Shown in pieces: positions 1 through 9,814 of a stretch of 64,000 nucleotides of DNA (position 1 is the first letter of the stretch; every line of letters starts with the position of its first letter). The notes beneath the pieces were generated by a model, which worked only from the letters and a program-made list of their open reading frames with translations, ran no database searches and had not been told where the DNA came from. This DNA is from Anaeroplasmataceae bacterium (GTDB lineage: Bacteria; Bacillota_I; Bacilli_A; Acholeplasmatales; Anaeroplasmataceae): NCBI GenBank assembly GCA_029057785.1, contig JAIDZC010000021.1, positions 5,209-69,208 on the forward strand. The letters run 5' to 3'. The position numbers were made by a program, and so were the translations under genes.

Positions 1-6
1 GAAAGG

Positions 7-882
7 ATGGTTAGCATTATGGATGGATTTTTTATCATAGATAAACCAAAGGGAATTACTTCGCAAGGGGCAGTTTTAAAAATAAAGAAGCAGTTTCAAC
101 TGAAGAAATGTGGACATACAGGTACTCTAGATCCTGATGCTACAGGTGTTCTAGTTGTTGCTTGCGGGGAGGCCACCAAGCTTATTCGTTTACTAGATGA
201 GAAGGATAAGGAATATGAAGCAACAATTGTTTTTGGTTTGGATTCAAATACATTAGATTGGTATGGAACCATAACAAAGGAAGAAGAAATGCACTTTACT
301 CTTTCTGAACTTGATACTGCTTTGGAAAAATTATGTCTTCAAACCTTGCAAATACCACCAATGGTTTCTGCTATAAAAGTAGCTGGTAAAAAGCTTTATG
401 AGTATGAAAGAGAAAATAAGAAAGTTGCATTGGAGCCCAGAAAGGTCCAAATCAAGCGTTTAGAGCGTCTTTCTGACCTAAGGAAGGTAAATAATCATCT
501 AGAAGTAAATGTCCGTATTTTGTGCTCTAGAGGCTTTTATGTCCGTAGTTTTGCAAGAGATTTAGGACAAGTCTTGGGGGGATGTGCTATTTTAAAGGAT
601 TTAAGAAGACTAAAAAGTGGACGTTTTTATATAGAAAATGCAATAAAACTAGAAGATTTAAAGAAAGAGCATCTATATTCTATAGATAAAATCTTTAATT
701 TTCCTCAATTAGAGGTCAATGATTTTGTTGCAAGATTGGTGAGAAATGGCGTAATGTTAGATGAACGGCAAATAAAAACAAACGAACCATTTTACATTAC
801 GCATAATGGTGCTATAATAAGTATATATGAGGTTGTTGGAGAAAATCAGTATAAGCCTGTTGTGATATTTAAAGAAAGCTGA
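7..882 (+). CDS. truB: tRNA pseudouridine(55) synthase TruB
   Basis: 291-aa ORF with DKPKGITS and catalytic GHTGTLDPDATGVL motifs. It is followed by ribF-rpsO-pnp as in other Firmicutes. ATG at 19 is an alternative start. Confidence 0.93.
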   Translation: MVSIMDGFFIIDKPKGITSQGAVLKIKKQFQLKKCGHTGTLDPDATGVLVVACGEATKLIRLLDEKDKEYEATIVFGLDSNTLDWYGTITKEEEMHFTLSELDTALEKLCLQTLQIPPMVSAIKVAGKKLYEYERENKKVALEPRKVQIKRLERLSDLRKVNNHLEVNVRILCSRGFYVRSFARDLGQVLGGCAILKDLRRLKSGRFYIENAIKLEDLKKEHLYSIDKIFNFPQLEVNDFVARLVRNGVMLDERQIKTNEPFYITHNGAIISIYEVVGENQYKPVVIFKES

Positions 883-892
883 GGTGTATTTC

Positions 893-1804
893 ATGAAAAC
901 AATACATATAAAGGATAATGACCATGAACTCATCACAGAACCTCTTTGTGCTGCAATAGGGAACTTTGATGGAGTACATTTAGGTCATCAAAAGCTAATA
1001 GAAGAATGTAAAAGACATGGATATAAGTCTGCAGTTTTAACATTTTATCCTCATCCATCGGTATTTTTAAAGAAGATTCCTGATTATAAGCTCATCACTC
1101 CAATTGAGCATAAGGCGGATATTTTAGCACATATGGGAATTGATTATTTGATTATTATTGAATTTAATGATGACATTGCTAAAATTTCGAAAGAAAGTTT
1201 TATGCTGTGGATGAAGCGTTTAAATATAAAATCCTGTGTTTGTGGATATGACTTTACCTTTGGCAGTAAAGCTGAGGGTACAATCATAGATTTAGCTAAA
1301 GAATTTGAATTTTATGAGGTAAAGAAGTTTATTTTTGATGATGTCCGTGTTTCTTCAAGCTATATTAGAGAGCTGTTGTCTTTAGGCGAGGTTTCTAAGG
1401 TGAATCGTATGTTAGGAAGAACCTTTTCTATTCGTGGTAAAGTGAATTATGGGACTCAAAATGGACGTTTGATAGGATTTCCTACTGCGAATGTAGATTA
1501 TAAAAACTACTTTTTACCTGCAAATGGTGTATATTTTGTGACAGTACAAATTGACCATGTATTATATTATGGAATGTGCAATATTGGCAATAATCCAACC
1601 TTTAATTATTCCTATATTCGCAGGCTAGAGGTCAATATTTTTGGCTTGGATGCCGATATTTATGATTCCCAAATCGAAGTATTTTTCCATGAAAAAATTA
1701 GAGATGAGGCTGCATTTCCTTCTAAAGAGGCTCTAATTTCTCAGTTAGAAGCAGATAGAAAAAAGTGCTATATGCTTTCAGTAAATATAAATTTCACAAA
1801 ATAA
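893..1804 (+). CDS. ribF: bifunctional riboflavin kinase / FMN adenylyltransferase
   Basis: GNFDGVHLGHQ nucleotidyltransferase motif and C-terminal riboflavin-kinase region (GFPTAN). GAGGTG SD lies 6 nt before ATG 893; the track ORF opens at GTG 884. Confidence 0.93.
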   Translation: MKTIHIKDNDHELITEPLCAAIGNFDGVHLGHQKLIEECKRHGYKSAVLTFYPHPSVFLKKIPDYKLITPIEHKADILAHMGIDYLIIIEFNDDIAKISKESFMLWMKRLNIKSCVCGYDFTFGSKAEGTIIDLAKEFEFYEVKKFIFDDVRVSSSYIRELLSLGEVSKVNRMLGRTFSIRGKVNYGTQNGRLIGFPTANVDYKNYFLPANGVYFVTVQIDHVLYYGMCNIGNNPTFNYSYIRRLEVNIFGLDADIYDSQIEVFFHEKIRDEAAFPSKEALISQLEADRKKCYMLSVNINFTK

Positions 1805-1815
1805 TATATTTTTTC

Positions 1816-1844
1816 TTGAAAACAGGTTCAAATTTTGTTATAAT
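1816..1844 (+). promoter_or_regulatory. sigA-type promoter upstream of rpsO
   Basis: TTGAAA (1816-1821), 17-nt spacer, TATAAT (1839-1844). An ~80-nt leader precedes the rpsO SD and could be an S15 autoregulatory leader (not verified). Confidence 0.5.
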
Positions 1845-1928
1845 TATAAAGGTCGATTTCTTTGTATATGGAATTCCTCATTCCTATACTAGGATATTCG
1901 CGTAAATTTTAAAAGGAGGAAAATACTT

Positions 1929-2195
1929 ATGTTAACTAAGGAAAGAAAAGCAGAATTAGTAAAGACTTATGGTAAGAATGCACAGGATACTGGTTCAACA
2001 GCTGTTCAAATTGCAATCTTAACTGAAGAAATCAATCTTTTAAACGTGCATTTTGAAAAGCATATCCATGATTTTCATTCTAAACGTGGTTTAATGTGTA
2101 AGATTGGTCAAAGAAGAGCTTTATTAGATTATTTAAAGAAAAAAGACTTAAAAGCATATGAAGAGCTAATTAAGAAGCTTGGCTTACGTCGTTAA
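1929..2195 (+). CDS. rpsO: 30S ribosomal protein S15
   Basis: 88-aa ORF with typical S15 sequence (HFEKHIHDFHSKRGL), strong AAGGAGG SD, and conserved position before pnp. Confidence 0.95.
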   Translation: MLTKERKAELVKTYGKNAQDTGSTAVQIAILTEEINLLNVHFEKHIHDFHSKRGLMCKIGQRRALLDYLKKKDLKAYEELIKKLGLRR

Positions 2196-2197
2196 TT

Positions 2198-2226
2198 AGG
2201 TACTATTTTAGTACCTTTTTCTTTTG
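2198..2226 (+). terminator. intrinsic terminator after rpsO
   Basis: AGGTACT-ATTTT-AGTACCT hairpin followed by TTTTTCTTTT. Confidence 0.7.
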
Positions 2227-2358
2227 TTTTAAGTTTTTGTTCGACAATAAGAGATACAGAAACTAATTTTTACGAAATTTTTGTTTATTTTAGTGGATTT
2301 TATGATATAATAATCCTGTTATGAATAAAAAAGATAAGAATTTTAAGGAGAAATTAAA

Positions 2359-4527
2359 ATGAGTGAAGTAAAACGCTTCGAGTACAATTGGGCAGGACGT
2401 CCACTTGTAGTAGAAATCGGAGAGGTTGCAAAGCAAGCAAATGGTGCTTGTATGGTAACCTATGGAGGAAGTACGGTTTTATCAGCAGTTTGTTCTAATA
2501 ATGTAGCATCAACCGCAGACTTTTTCCCATTAATGGTATTATACCAAGAAAAATTATATGCAGCTGGAAAGATTCCAGGTGGATTTTTAAGAAGAGAAGG
2601 TAGACCTTCTGAGCATGAAACATTAGTTTCACGTTTAATTGACCGTCCTATTAGACCTTTATTTGCTGAGGGGTTTAGAAATGAGGTACAGGTTGTAAAT
2701 ACAGTATTATCTAGTGATCCAGATTGCACTACAGCTATGGCTGCAATGCTAGGATCCTCTATTGCATTAATGATTTCAGATATACCATTTGAAGGCCCTA
2801 TTGCAGGTGTTGTTGTAGGTAAGGTAGATGGCAAGCTAATCATCAACCCTACTCCTGAGAAGTTAGAAAAGTCAGATATTAACCTAACTGTAGCTGGTAC
2901 ACATACCGCAATCAACATGGTTGAGGCCGGTGCCCGCTTTGTAAGTGAGGATGATATGTGGGAAGCTTTAAAGTTTGGACATGCTGAAATCCAAAGGCTA
3001 TGTGATTTTGAGAAGGAAATCGTAGCTGCTTGTGGCAAGGAAAAGGTAGAAGTAGAGCTTTTTGAAGTCAATAAGGATATTATGGCTGAGGTTAAGGCTT
3101 ATGCAGAAAAGCGTCTAGTAGAGGCAATTCGTATCGAGGATAAGCTTGAGCGCTATGCAGCAATTGATGCTATCAATGCTGAGACTCTTGCTCACTTTGA
3201 TGAAAAGGTATTTATTAAAGAAATTGAAGGCATTAAGGTTATTGATACTGAAGAAAAACAACAATATCTACGCCATGTACAATACACTTTAGATGACATT
3301 TTACACACTGAAGTACGTCGTTTAATCTCTGTTGATAAGGTACGTCCAGATGGTCGTAAGGTAGATGAAATTCGTCCGCTTTCTAGTAGAATTGATGTAT
3401 TACCACGTGTTCATGGTTCTGCATTATTTACTCGTGGACAAACTCAGAGCTTAGGAACTGTTACTTTAGGTTCTTTAGTAGATAGCCAGATTATTGATGG
3501 GTTAGGAGAAGAATCTAATAAGAGATTTATGCTACACTATAACTTCCCTCAATTTTCAGTAGGTGAAACAGGTCGTTATGGTGCTCCAGGACGTCGTGAA
3601 ATTGGTCATGGTGCCTTAGGTGAGCGTGCTTTATCCTATGTTATTCCTAGTGAGGATGAGTTCCCATACACGATTCGTGTAGTATCTGAAATTCTTGAAT
3701 CCAATGGATCTTCATCTCAGGCAACGATTTGTTCAGGAACACTAGCTTTAATGGCCGCAGGTGTACCTATTAAGGCTCCAGTTGCAGGTATTGCTATGGG
3801 ATTAATTACTTATGGTGACGATTATACCATTTTAACTGATATCCAAGGACTAGAAGACCATTTAGGAGATATGGACTTTAAGGTGGCAGGTACTCGTGAG
3901 GGTATTACGGCTCTTCAAATGGATATTAAAATCAAAGGTATTACATATGAAATCCTAAAAGAAGCATTATATCAGGCTAAACAAGGTCGTTTAGAGATTT
4001 TAGACCATATGGCTACTACAATCTCTACAGTTCGTCCTGAATTAAGCCAGTATGCTCCTAAGGTAGTTACAGCTAAGATTAATCCAGATAAGATTAAGGA
4101 CGTTATTGGTGCTGGTGGTAAGACCATCAACGCTACAATTGAGCGTTTTGATAATGTTAAGATTGATCTAGAACAAGATGGTAGATTATATGTAATGCAT
4201 GAAAATATGGACACTGCTAAGGCTTGTCTACAATACATTTTAGATTCAGTTCGTGAAGCAGAAGTAGGGGCTATCTATACTGGTAGAGTCACTAGAATTG
4301 AAAAATATGGTGTATTTGTAGAGCTTTGGGAGGGTGCAGAAGGCTTATGTCACATTTCTAAACTAGCATTAGAAAGAGTTGAAAAGCCTGAGGATGTTGT
4401 ATCCTTAAATGATGAAATCATCGTGAAGTGCATTGGTGTTAACGAAAAAGGTCAAATTGACTTGTCTCGTAAGGACGCTTTAAGAGATGCACAAAAGAGA
4501 AATGAAACAAAAAAAGTAGAAGAATAA
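2359..4527 (+). CDS. pnp: polyribonucleotide nucleotidyltransferase (PNPase)
   Basis: 722-aa ORF with two RNase PH-like domains plus KH and S1 ([15 protein letters not shown]). AAGGAG SD. Confidence 0.97.
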   Translation: MSEVKRFEYNWAGRPLVVEIGEVAKQANGACMVTYGGSTVLSAVCSNNVASTADFFPLMVLYQEKLYAAGKIPGGFLRREGRPSEHETLVSRLIDRPIRPLFAEGFRNEVQVVNTVLSSDPDCTTAMAAMLGSSIALMISDIPFEGPIAGVVVGKVDGKLIINPTPEKLEKSDINLTVAGTHTAINMVEAGARFVSEDDMWEALKFGHAEIQRLCDFEKEIVAACGKEKVEVELFEVNKDIMAEVKAYAEKRLVEAIRIEDKLERYAAIDAINAETLAHFDEKVFIKEIEGIKVIDTEEKQQYLRHVQYTLDDILHTEVRRLISVDKVRPDGRKVDEIRPLSSRIDVLPRVHGSALFTRGQTQSLGTVTLGSLVDSQIIDGLGEESNKRFMLHYNFPQFSVGETGRYGAPGRREIGHGALGERALSYVIPSEDEFPYTIRVVSEILESNGSSSQATICSGTLALMAAGVPIKAPVAGIAMGLITYGDDYTILTDIQGLEDHLGDMDFKVAGTREGITALQMDIKIKGITYEILKEALYQAKQGRLEILDHMATTISTVRPELSQYAPKVVTAKINPDKIKDVIGAGGKTINATIERFDNVKIDLEQDGRLYVMHENMDTAKACLQYILDSVREAEVGAIYTGRVTRIEKYGVFVELWEGAEGLCHISKLALERVEKPEDVVSLNDEIIVKCIGVNEKGQIDLSRKDALRDAQKRNETKKVEE

Positions 4528-4539
4528 ATCATTCAAATG

Positions 4540-4570
4540 AGGTCCTATCAAATATAGGACCTTTATTTAT
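4540..4570 (+). terminator. intrinsic terminator after pnp
   Basis: AGGTCCTAT-CAAAT-ATAGGACCT hairpin followed by TTATTTAT. Confidence 0.7.
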
Positions 4571-4597
4571 CCTCCCCAATAAAAAATCCTCATTTCC

Positions 4598-4626
4598 TTG
4601 ATTTGTTAAAAAAATAATGATATACT
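4598..4626 (+). promoter_or_regulatory. sigA-type promoter of rnpB
   Basis: TTGATT (4598-4603), 17-nt spacer, TATACT (4621-4626), ending about 6-8 nt before the RNase P RNA 5' end. Confidence 0.55.
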
Positions 4627-4631
4627 ATACT

Positions 4632-4975
4632 TTGGCAGTTGGGTAACTGAGCCTTCGGGTTAGGAAAGTCCATGCTAGCACAATCTGAGATGATTGTAGT
4701 GTTTGTGCTTAGCTAAAAAATAAGCTAAGGCATAGCAATATGACGGCGGAAGAAGCCTAAGTCCATCGGATATGGCGTATTTCTATAACGTGCCACAGAG
4801 ACGAGTTCTATAGAAATATAGAAATGAAACGTTGGTAAACCCCTCAAGCTAGAAACCCAAATTTTGGTAGGGGAGCTCTAGGAGGCGAAATGAAGCTATT
4901 CTAGGGGCAAAGCAATTTGCAGATAAATAGTTACCACCTATTTATAGGTACAGAACATGGCTTATAGACTGCTAA
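4632..4975 (+). ncRNA. rnpB: RNase P RNA, bacterial type B
   Basis: Near-identical conserved blocks to the B. subtilis RNase P RNA: GGAAAGTCCATGCT, GTGCCACAG.GACGA, GGTAAACCCCTCAAGC.AGAAACCCAAATTTTGGTAGGGGA, ACAGAACATGGCTTA. P1 pairs GGCAGT (4634-4639) with ACTGCT (4968-4973). Confidence 0.9.
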
Positions 4976-4976
4976 A

Positions 4977-5000
4977 AGAGGATGAAAGTCCTCTTTTTTC
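4977..5000 (+). terminator. intrinsic terminator after rnpB
   Basis: AGAGGA-TGAAAG-TCCTCT hairpin followed by TTTTT. Confidence 0.7.
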
Positions 5001-5031
5001 TATAATTCTACAAATTTATTAAAAAAAAGTG

Positions 5032-5120
5032 TTGACATACTATATAATACATAGTATACTATTGGTGAAAAAATAATTTTGCATATTTTTTTAGACTTAA
5101 TACTATGCATTACATAGTAT
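5032..5120 (+). promoter_or_regulatory. padR promoter with two identical palindromic operators
   Basis: TTGACA (5032-5037), 17 nt, TATACT (5055-5060). ATACTAT-N7-ATAGTAT occurs twice (5037-5057 and 5100-5120), with centres 63 bp apart. The first copy overlaps the promoter. Confidence 0.55.
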
Positions 5121-5134
5121 AAAGGAGTGATGAG

Positions 5135-5443
5135 ATGAATGTTCAGATAAAAAAAGGAATCGTAGAAGTGTGTGTTCTAGCAAGTTTAAGAAAAGAACCC
5201 TCCTACGGCTATAAAATAATCAGTGATATTTCGGAGCTTATAGAAATATCGGAATCCACACTATATCCTATCTTGAGACGTTTAGAGGCTCAGGATTACT
5301 TAAGAACATTTTCTAGAGACTTCAATGGAAGAGTTAGGAAATACTATGAGATTACTCGTTTAGGAGAGAAAAGAATCAAGGAATTTCTTGATGAGTGGAG
5401 AGATATGGAACGAGTGTATGAGTTTATTAAAAGGAAGGGATAA
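5135..5443 (+). CDS. PadR-family transcriptional regulator
   Basis: 102-aa winged-helix protein with the typical PadR signature (PSYGYKI...STLYPILRRLE). First gene of a PadR/DUF1700/DUF4097-type triad. Confidence 0.85.
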   Translation: MNVQIKKGIVEVCVLASLRKEPSYGYKIISDISELIEISESTLYPILRRLEAQDYLRTFSRDFNGRVRKYYEITRLGEKRIKEFLDEWRDMERVYEFIKRKG

Positions 5444-5446
5444 TTG

Positions 5447-6085
5447 ATGAGAAAAAGAGAATTTTTAAGACGTCTAGGAGATGAGCTTTCTCACTTAGAC
5501 CGTGAAGAAAGAAATGACATCTTAGATTATTATGATGAATTGATTGAAGATACAATTGAGAAAACAGGTCAAAGAGAAGCTGATGTTATCTACGATTTGG
5601 GTGAGATTGAAGATATTGCAAGAAGGGTTGATCCATCTTATAAAAGAAAAATCCGTTATGAAGAGGAAGAAGACCGTCCTAGACGCGAATCTAGAAGAAT
5701 AACACGTGAATATGAACATAGGAATCGTAGAGAGGAAAGAACAAATTCAGGAGCTAAAACTGGAATAGGTATCGTTTTACTGATTTGTTTATTCCCTGTT
5801 TGGATTGTTCTATTTTCATGTTTGTTTGCGGCTATGCTGACTATAATAGGGGTTGGAGTTGGATGCTTTGCTGGAGGCATCGTTTGTATATGGAATGGAA
5901 GTACACTATTTGCTACATCCTGGGCTCATGCAGTATTTAGAATTGGTATAGGAGTGACTTTAATAGGAATTATACTAATTGTTGGACCATTGTTGTTAAA
6001 GATTGTAAGCTTTATTGGTCATATTGTTCTTTCTGTCTTTAGATGGTTGTTTGGTGGAAGGAGAAGAAATGCATATGAAAATTAA
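5447..6085 (+). CDS. DUF1700-like membrane protein (PadR-associated)
   Basis: N-terminal soluble helix region (FLRRLGDELSHLDREERNDILDYYDE) plus C-terminal multi-TM region. Starts 4 nt after the padR stop. Confidence 0.7.
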   Translation: MRKREFLRRLGDELSHLDREERNDILDYYDELIEDTIEKTGQREADVIYDLGEIEDIARRVDPSYKRKIRYEEEEDRPRRESRRITREYEHRNRREERTNSGAKTGIGIVLLICLFPVWIVLFSCLFAAMLTIIGVGVGCFAGGIVCIWNGSTLFATSWAHAVFRIGIGVTLIGIILIVGPLLLKIVSFIGHIVLSVFRWLFGGRRRNAYEN

Positions 6086-6941
6086 GGGATTCATAATTAC
6101 AGGCATAATCCTTACTATACTAGGAGTTGGTGCAACTGCAGTTGCAAGTACACAAATGGATTTCAAGGAAGGTTATCCAGGATTATTTGCTGATCCTAAT
6201 CTAGAAAAAAAAGAAGAGACCTTTGGTGAAATCAAAAAGATTTCTTATGATGGTACAGATGAGAACATTGATATTATCTATGGCGAAGGTGAAAATATCT
6301 TTACTTACTATGAAAGTGACACTTTGACTTATGATATATCCTATGATGAAGAGCTAAAGGAGCTTTCTATTATTCAAAAGCATTCTTTTACTTTCTTTAA
6401 TTTCTCCTTAAGCAAGAAGGCTACTTTAAGCATTAATTCTTCTTTAGATGAACTTCAAATGAAAGCGGCTGCTGGAAATGTTGGTATCAAGGATTTAACA
6501 ATCACAAAAGCGGATGTAGATGTTTCTGCTGGAAATTTGAAAATTGAAAATTCTAGTATTTCTGCATTGGATTTGGAATCTGATGCAGGAAATGTAAATC
6601 TATATGATTTGACTGTAGATTCTAGTGTATTTGGTGTTAAGGCAGGCAACCTAAAAATTGAAAATTCAAAAATAACAAGCTCTGTTATCCATTCAAATGC
6701 TGGGAATGTGAATTTGAAGGATTCTACTTTTGATACTGTAGAAGCAAAACTCAATGCAGGTAATCTTACATTTAATGGAGATATTCTTATCCAGGCAGAA
6801 TTTAAAGTGGATGCAGGAAATCTTAAGCTAACTCTATCAAGACCACAAGCCTCTTACACTATGAATGGTGAAGGAGAGGGAGAAACAATAATTCAATATA
6901 GAGTTTCTGCTGGTAATAAAAAAATATATTATGGTGATTAA
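6069..6941 (+). CDS. DUF4097-like putative adhesin / beta-helix repeat membrane protein
   Basis: N-terminal TM helix, then ~20-aa repeats containing AGN(V/L) (DAGNVNL, KAGNLKIEN and similar). ATG 6069 is preceded by GGAAGGAG. The track ORF opens earlier at 6015, inside the previous gene. Confidence 0.7.
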   Translation: MHMKIKGFIITGIILTILGVGATAVASTQMDFKEGYPGLFADPNLEKKEETFGEIKKISYDGTDENIDIIYGEGENIFTYYESDTLTYDISYDEELKELSIIQKHSFTFFNFSLSKKATLSINSSLDELQMKAAAGNVGIKDLTITKADVDVSAGNLKIENSSISALDLESDAGNVNLYDLTVDSSVFGVKAGNLKIENSKITSSVIHSNAGNVNLKDSTFDTVEAKLNAGNLTFNGDILIQAEFKVDAGNLKLTLSRPQASYTMNGEGEGETIIQYRVSAGNKKIYYGD

Positions 6942-6950
6942 TTAACTATA

Positions 6951-6981
6951 AATTCCTCTATTTTTGGAGGAATTTTTCTTA
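6951..6981 (+). terminator. intrinsic terminator after the PadR triad
   Basis: AAATTCCTC / GAGGAATTT 9-bp stem followed by a T-run. Confidence 0.6.
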
Positions 6982-7039
6982 TTTATTGAAAAAATAAGGT
7001 ATTTTTGATAGAATATATAAAGTGTTAGGAAGTGATGAT

Positions 7040-8863
7040 ATGAAGGATTTAGAAGAAATGAAGAAGCGCCAAAAAATGATCCGTAATTTTTGTATAATCG
7101 CTCATATCGACCACGGGAAGTCTACCCTTGCAGATCGTATCTTAGAAATCTGTGAATCTGTAGATCAAAGAACAATGCAGGATCAAATTCTTGACTCTAT
7201 GGAGTTAGAAAGAGAACGTGGTATTACAATTAAATTGAACTCCGTAAGTATGATTTATAAAGCAAATAATGGGCTTGAGTATGAATTTCATTTAATTGAT
7301 ACTCCAGGACATGTCGATTTTACCTATGAGGTTTCTAGAAGTCTTGCCGCATGTGAGGGTGCAATCTTAGTCGTAGATGCTACTCAAGGCGTAGAAGCCC
7401 AGACGCTTGCCAATGTTTATTTGGCTTTAGATAATAACTTAGAGATTTTACCATTAATCAATAAAATAGATTTACCTTCTGCAGATCCTGATAGAGCAAA
7501 ACAGGAAATAGAAGATGTTATAGGAATTCCAGCATATGAGGCGGTTTTAGCATCTGCCAAAACTGGAGTAGGCGTTAGAGATATCTTAGAACAGGTTGTT
7601 TCCTACATTGCTCCTCCAAGTGGAGATATTTTAGCTCCTACAAAAGCATTAATCTTTGACAGTGCTTTTGATGCTTACAGGGGTGTAGTTGTATTGGTTT
7701 GTGTAAAAGAGGGGATCATTAGGAGAGGAGATACCATTGAATTTATGGCCTCTAAAGCTAGATATCAGGTTGTTGAAATTGGTGTGCGTACCCCAAAAGA
7801 GGTTCAAAGAGACTATTTGATGGCTGGTGATGTAGGGTTTATTACAGCCTCCATCAAGGATATTTCTGATGTGAATGTCGGGGATACTATCACAGTAGTT
7901 GAAAATCCAGCTCAAGCTCCTCTTGCAGGTTACCGCAAATTAAATCCTATGGTATTTTGTGGATTATACCCTATTGATTCAAAGCAATATAACGATTTAA
8001 GAGATGCTTTAGATAAGCTTAAGCTATCTGATGCTGCCTTAGTCTTTGAACCAGAAACCTCTCAGGCCTTAGGATTTGGCTTTAGAACAGGCTTTTTAGG
8101 CTTACTCCATATGGATATCATTAAAGAGCGAATCTCCCGTGAATTCGGCATTGAGCTTATTGCTACAGCTCCATCTGTTTCCTATCATGTGTATTTGACA
8201 GATGGAACAATGAAGATTATAGATAATCCTAGTGGATTACCTAGTATTCAAACAATAGACAGAATAGAAGAACCTTTTGTTAAGGCAACCATTATGTCCC
8301 CTACAGAATATGTTGGTGCTGTTATGGATTTATGCCAAAAGAAGCGTGGTATTTTTATCGATATGCAGTATATTGAAGAGACTAGAGTAGTTATCCACTA
8401 TAATATTCCTTTATTAGAGATTGTCTTTGATTTCTTTGATAAACTAAAAAGCTATACTAAGGGCTACGCCTCTTTTGATTATGAACTAGGAGATTATGAA
8501 GCATCTAAGCTTGTTAAAATGGATATTATGTTAAATGGAGATGTTGTAGATGCCTTATCTACCATTGTGCATAAGGATTTTGCCTATAACAGGGGTAAAA
8601 TCATAGTAGATAAACTCAAGGAAATCATCCCAAGACACTTATTTGAAATTCCAGTTCAGGCGGTAATTAACCATAAAGTTATTGCAAGAAGTGATATTAA
8701 GGCATTAAGAAAAGATGTTCTTGCCAAGTGCTATGGTGGAGATATTTCAAGAAAGAAAAAGCTATTAGAAAAACAAAAGGAAGGAAAGAAGAAGATGAAG
8801 GCTATTGGTAGTGTAGATGTACCACAGGATGCCTTCTTAGCTATTCTTTCTACTGATGATTAA
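7040..8863 (+). CDS. lepA: translation elongation factor 4 (LepA)
   Basis: GTPase motifs [18 protein letters not shown], and the conserved LepA C-terminal domain. ATG 7040; the track ORF opens at GTG 7022. Confidence 0.96.
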   Translation: MKDLEEMKKRQKMIRNFCIIAHIDHGKSTLADRILEICESVDQRTMQDQILDSMELERERGITIKLNSVSMIYKANNGLEYEFHLIDTPGHVDFTYEVSRSLAACEGAILVVDATQGVEAQTLANVYLALDNNLEILPLINKIDLPSADPDRAKQEIEDVIGIPAYEAVLASAKTGVGVRDILEQVVSYIAPPSGDILAPTKALIFDSAFDAYRGVVVLVCVKEGIIRRGDTIEFMASKARYQVVEIGVRTPKEVQRDYLMAGDVGFITASIKDISDVNVGDTITVVENPAQAPLAGYRKLNPMVFCGLYPIDSKQYNDLRDALDKLKLSDAALVFEPETSQALGFGFRTGFLGLLHMDIIKERISREFGIELIATAPSVSYHVYLTDGTMKIIDNPSGLPSIQTIDRIEEPFVKATIMSPTEYVGAVMDLCQKKRGIFIDMQYIEETRVVIHYNIPLLEIVFDFFDKLKSYTKGYASFDYELGDYEASKLVKMDIMLNGDVVDALSTIVHKDFAYNRGKIIVDKLKEIIPRHLFEIPVQAVINHKVIARSDIKALRKDVLAKCYGGDISRKKKLLEKQKEGKKKMKAIGSVDVPQDAFLAILSTDD

Positions 8864-8886
8864 TAAATAAAAAGGAGAAGAAGAGT

Positions 8887-9312
8887 ATGAAAAAGGAAAA
8901 TTGTCCATACTGTAATTATGGAGAAACACTTGCTAAATTTGGCTATTTAGCATTTGAAACTGAGGTATCTGAGGTCATTGTATTTAAGGACCAAACACAT
9001 CCTGGAAGAATGATCGTAGCTTATAAAAAGGATCATGTTGCTGAAATTCAGGATTTAAATGAAAAGGATAGAAATGCCTTTATGAAGGATGTTGCTGATG
9101 TTGCAAGAGCCATCCAAAAGGCATATCATCCAGATCGTATTAACTATGGTGCCTATGGAGATACCCTAGGCCATCTACATTTCCATCTATGTCCTAAGTA
9201 TGAGGGACAAGCTGAATGGGGTGGGACCTTTGTGATGAACACTGGTAATCTTGTAGATGAGAAGGCTTGCCAAGAGGTTGCAAAGAAGATTATAGAGAAT
9301 TACGAGGCTTAG
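8887..9312 (+). CDS. HIT-family hydrolase
   Basis: 141 aa with histidine-triad HLHFHLCP, plus an N-terminal CPYC. Confidence 0.8.
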   Translation: MKKENCPYCNYGETLAKFGYLAFETEVSEVIVFKDQTHPGRMIVAYKKDHVAEIQDLNEKDRNAFMKDVADVARAIQKAYHPDRINYGAYGDTLGHLHFHLCPKYEGQAEWGGTFVMNTGNLVDEKACQEVAKKIIENYEA

Positions 9313-9337
9313 AATTTTAGATTATAGAATACGAGAG

Positions 9338-9365
9338 TTGACAAATTCTTTTTCTATGATAAAAT
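9338..9365 (+). promoter_or_regulatory. strong sigA promoter with no protein gene downstream
   Basis: Perfect TTGACA (9338-9343), 16-nt spacer, extended -10 TGaTAAAAT (9357-9365). Confidence 0.5.
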
Positions 9366-9371
9366 ATAATT

Positions 9372-9475
9372 ATTAAGAAATGAATTATGAGGTGGACAAA
9401 TAATCGGACTTCCACGCCTATATTGGAGATGCTTGAGCCAGTTCGGCAAGCCATAATTCATTTCTTTTTTATTTT
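9372..9475 (+). ncRNA. candidate ~100-nt structured small RNA (unassigned family)
   Basis: A perfect 15-bp closing helix (9375-9389 / 9452-9466) encloses two GC-richer hairpins (9392-9415, 9431-9451). It is followed by TTTTTTATTTT and overlaps the stop region of the - strand ORF 9458-9814. Confidence 0.4.
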
Positions 9476-9814
9476 CATGAAGCCTTTATATCCTTTTGAG
9501 GCTATTTTTTTATCCAAATTTACTATAGTTTGATACCTACATGATAATATTCTATTTTCTTGTGGATGCAACAATAGACTCAAATGATAATATTTATTTT
9601 TCTGTAAGGTTGGATACAAAATATTTATTCTATTTTCTCCATGCTTTAGATCCTTTGCTATATAAAAAGGAGAGTTTACTATATTAATAATTATTTGTAA
9701 ATAATTAGCTTCTTTCTCCACAAATTCAGGGTGTTTCGCTTCAATATGATTTTTCCCTCTTTTAGGTCTAATGAAGGAAACAAGGTTGCTTACTTTTCCG
9801 AAGTTTGAATACAT
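9458..9814 (-). CDS. hypothetical protein, possibly a frameshifted remnant
   Basis: 118-aa ORF without a convincing SD. The reading frame stays open 108 nt upstream. An upstream ATG (9926) would be in frame if the A9 run (9913-9921) were A8. The motif NHIEAKHPEF is weakly reminiscent of BECR-fold phage/toxin nucleases. Confidence 0.4.
   Translation of the reverse strand: MYSNFGKVSNLVSFIRPKRGKNHIEAKHPEFVEKEANYLQIIINIVNSPFYIAKDLKHGENRINILYPTLQKNKYYHLSLLLHPQENRILSCRYQTIVNLDKKIASKGYKGFMKIKKK

Noticed and set aside
2460-4238. Long - strand ORFs inside pnp (2460-3071, 3972-4238). Analogous antisense ORFs in the track lie inside lepA, the adh gene, spoIVA, infB, pdp, rnr, tgt, the protease gene and the paralogues. 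Examples are 7649-7915, 16449-16787, 22983-23288, 41818-42288, 56022-56753, 54283-54486, 62145-62360, 48772-49008 and 50779-50994.
   Set aside because: Each lies entirely within, and antisense to, a CDS with strong family motifs. They lack SD sequences and have low-complexity or Ser/Leu/Phe-rich composition typical of shadow ORFs in AT-rich genomes.
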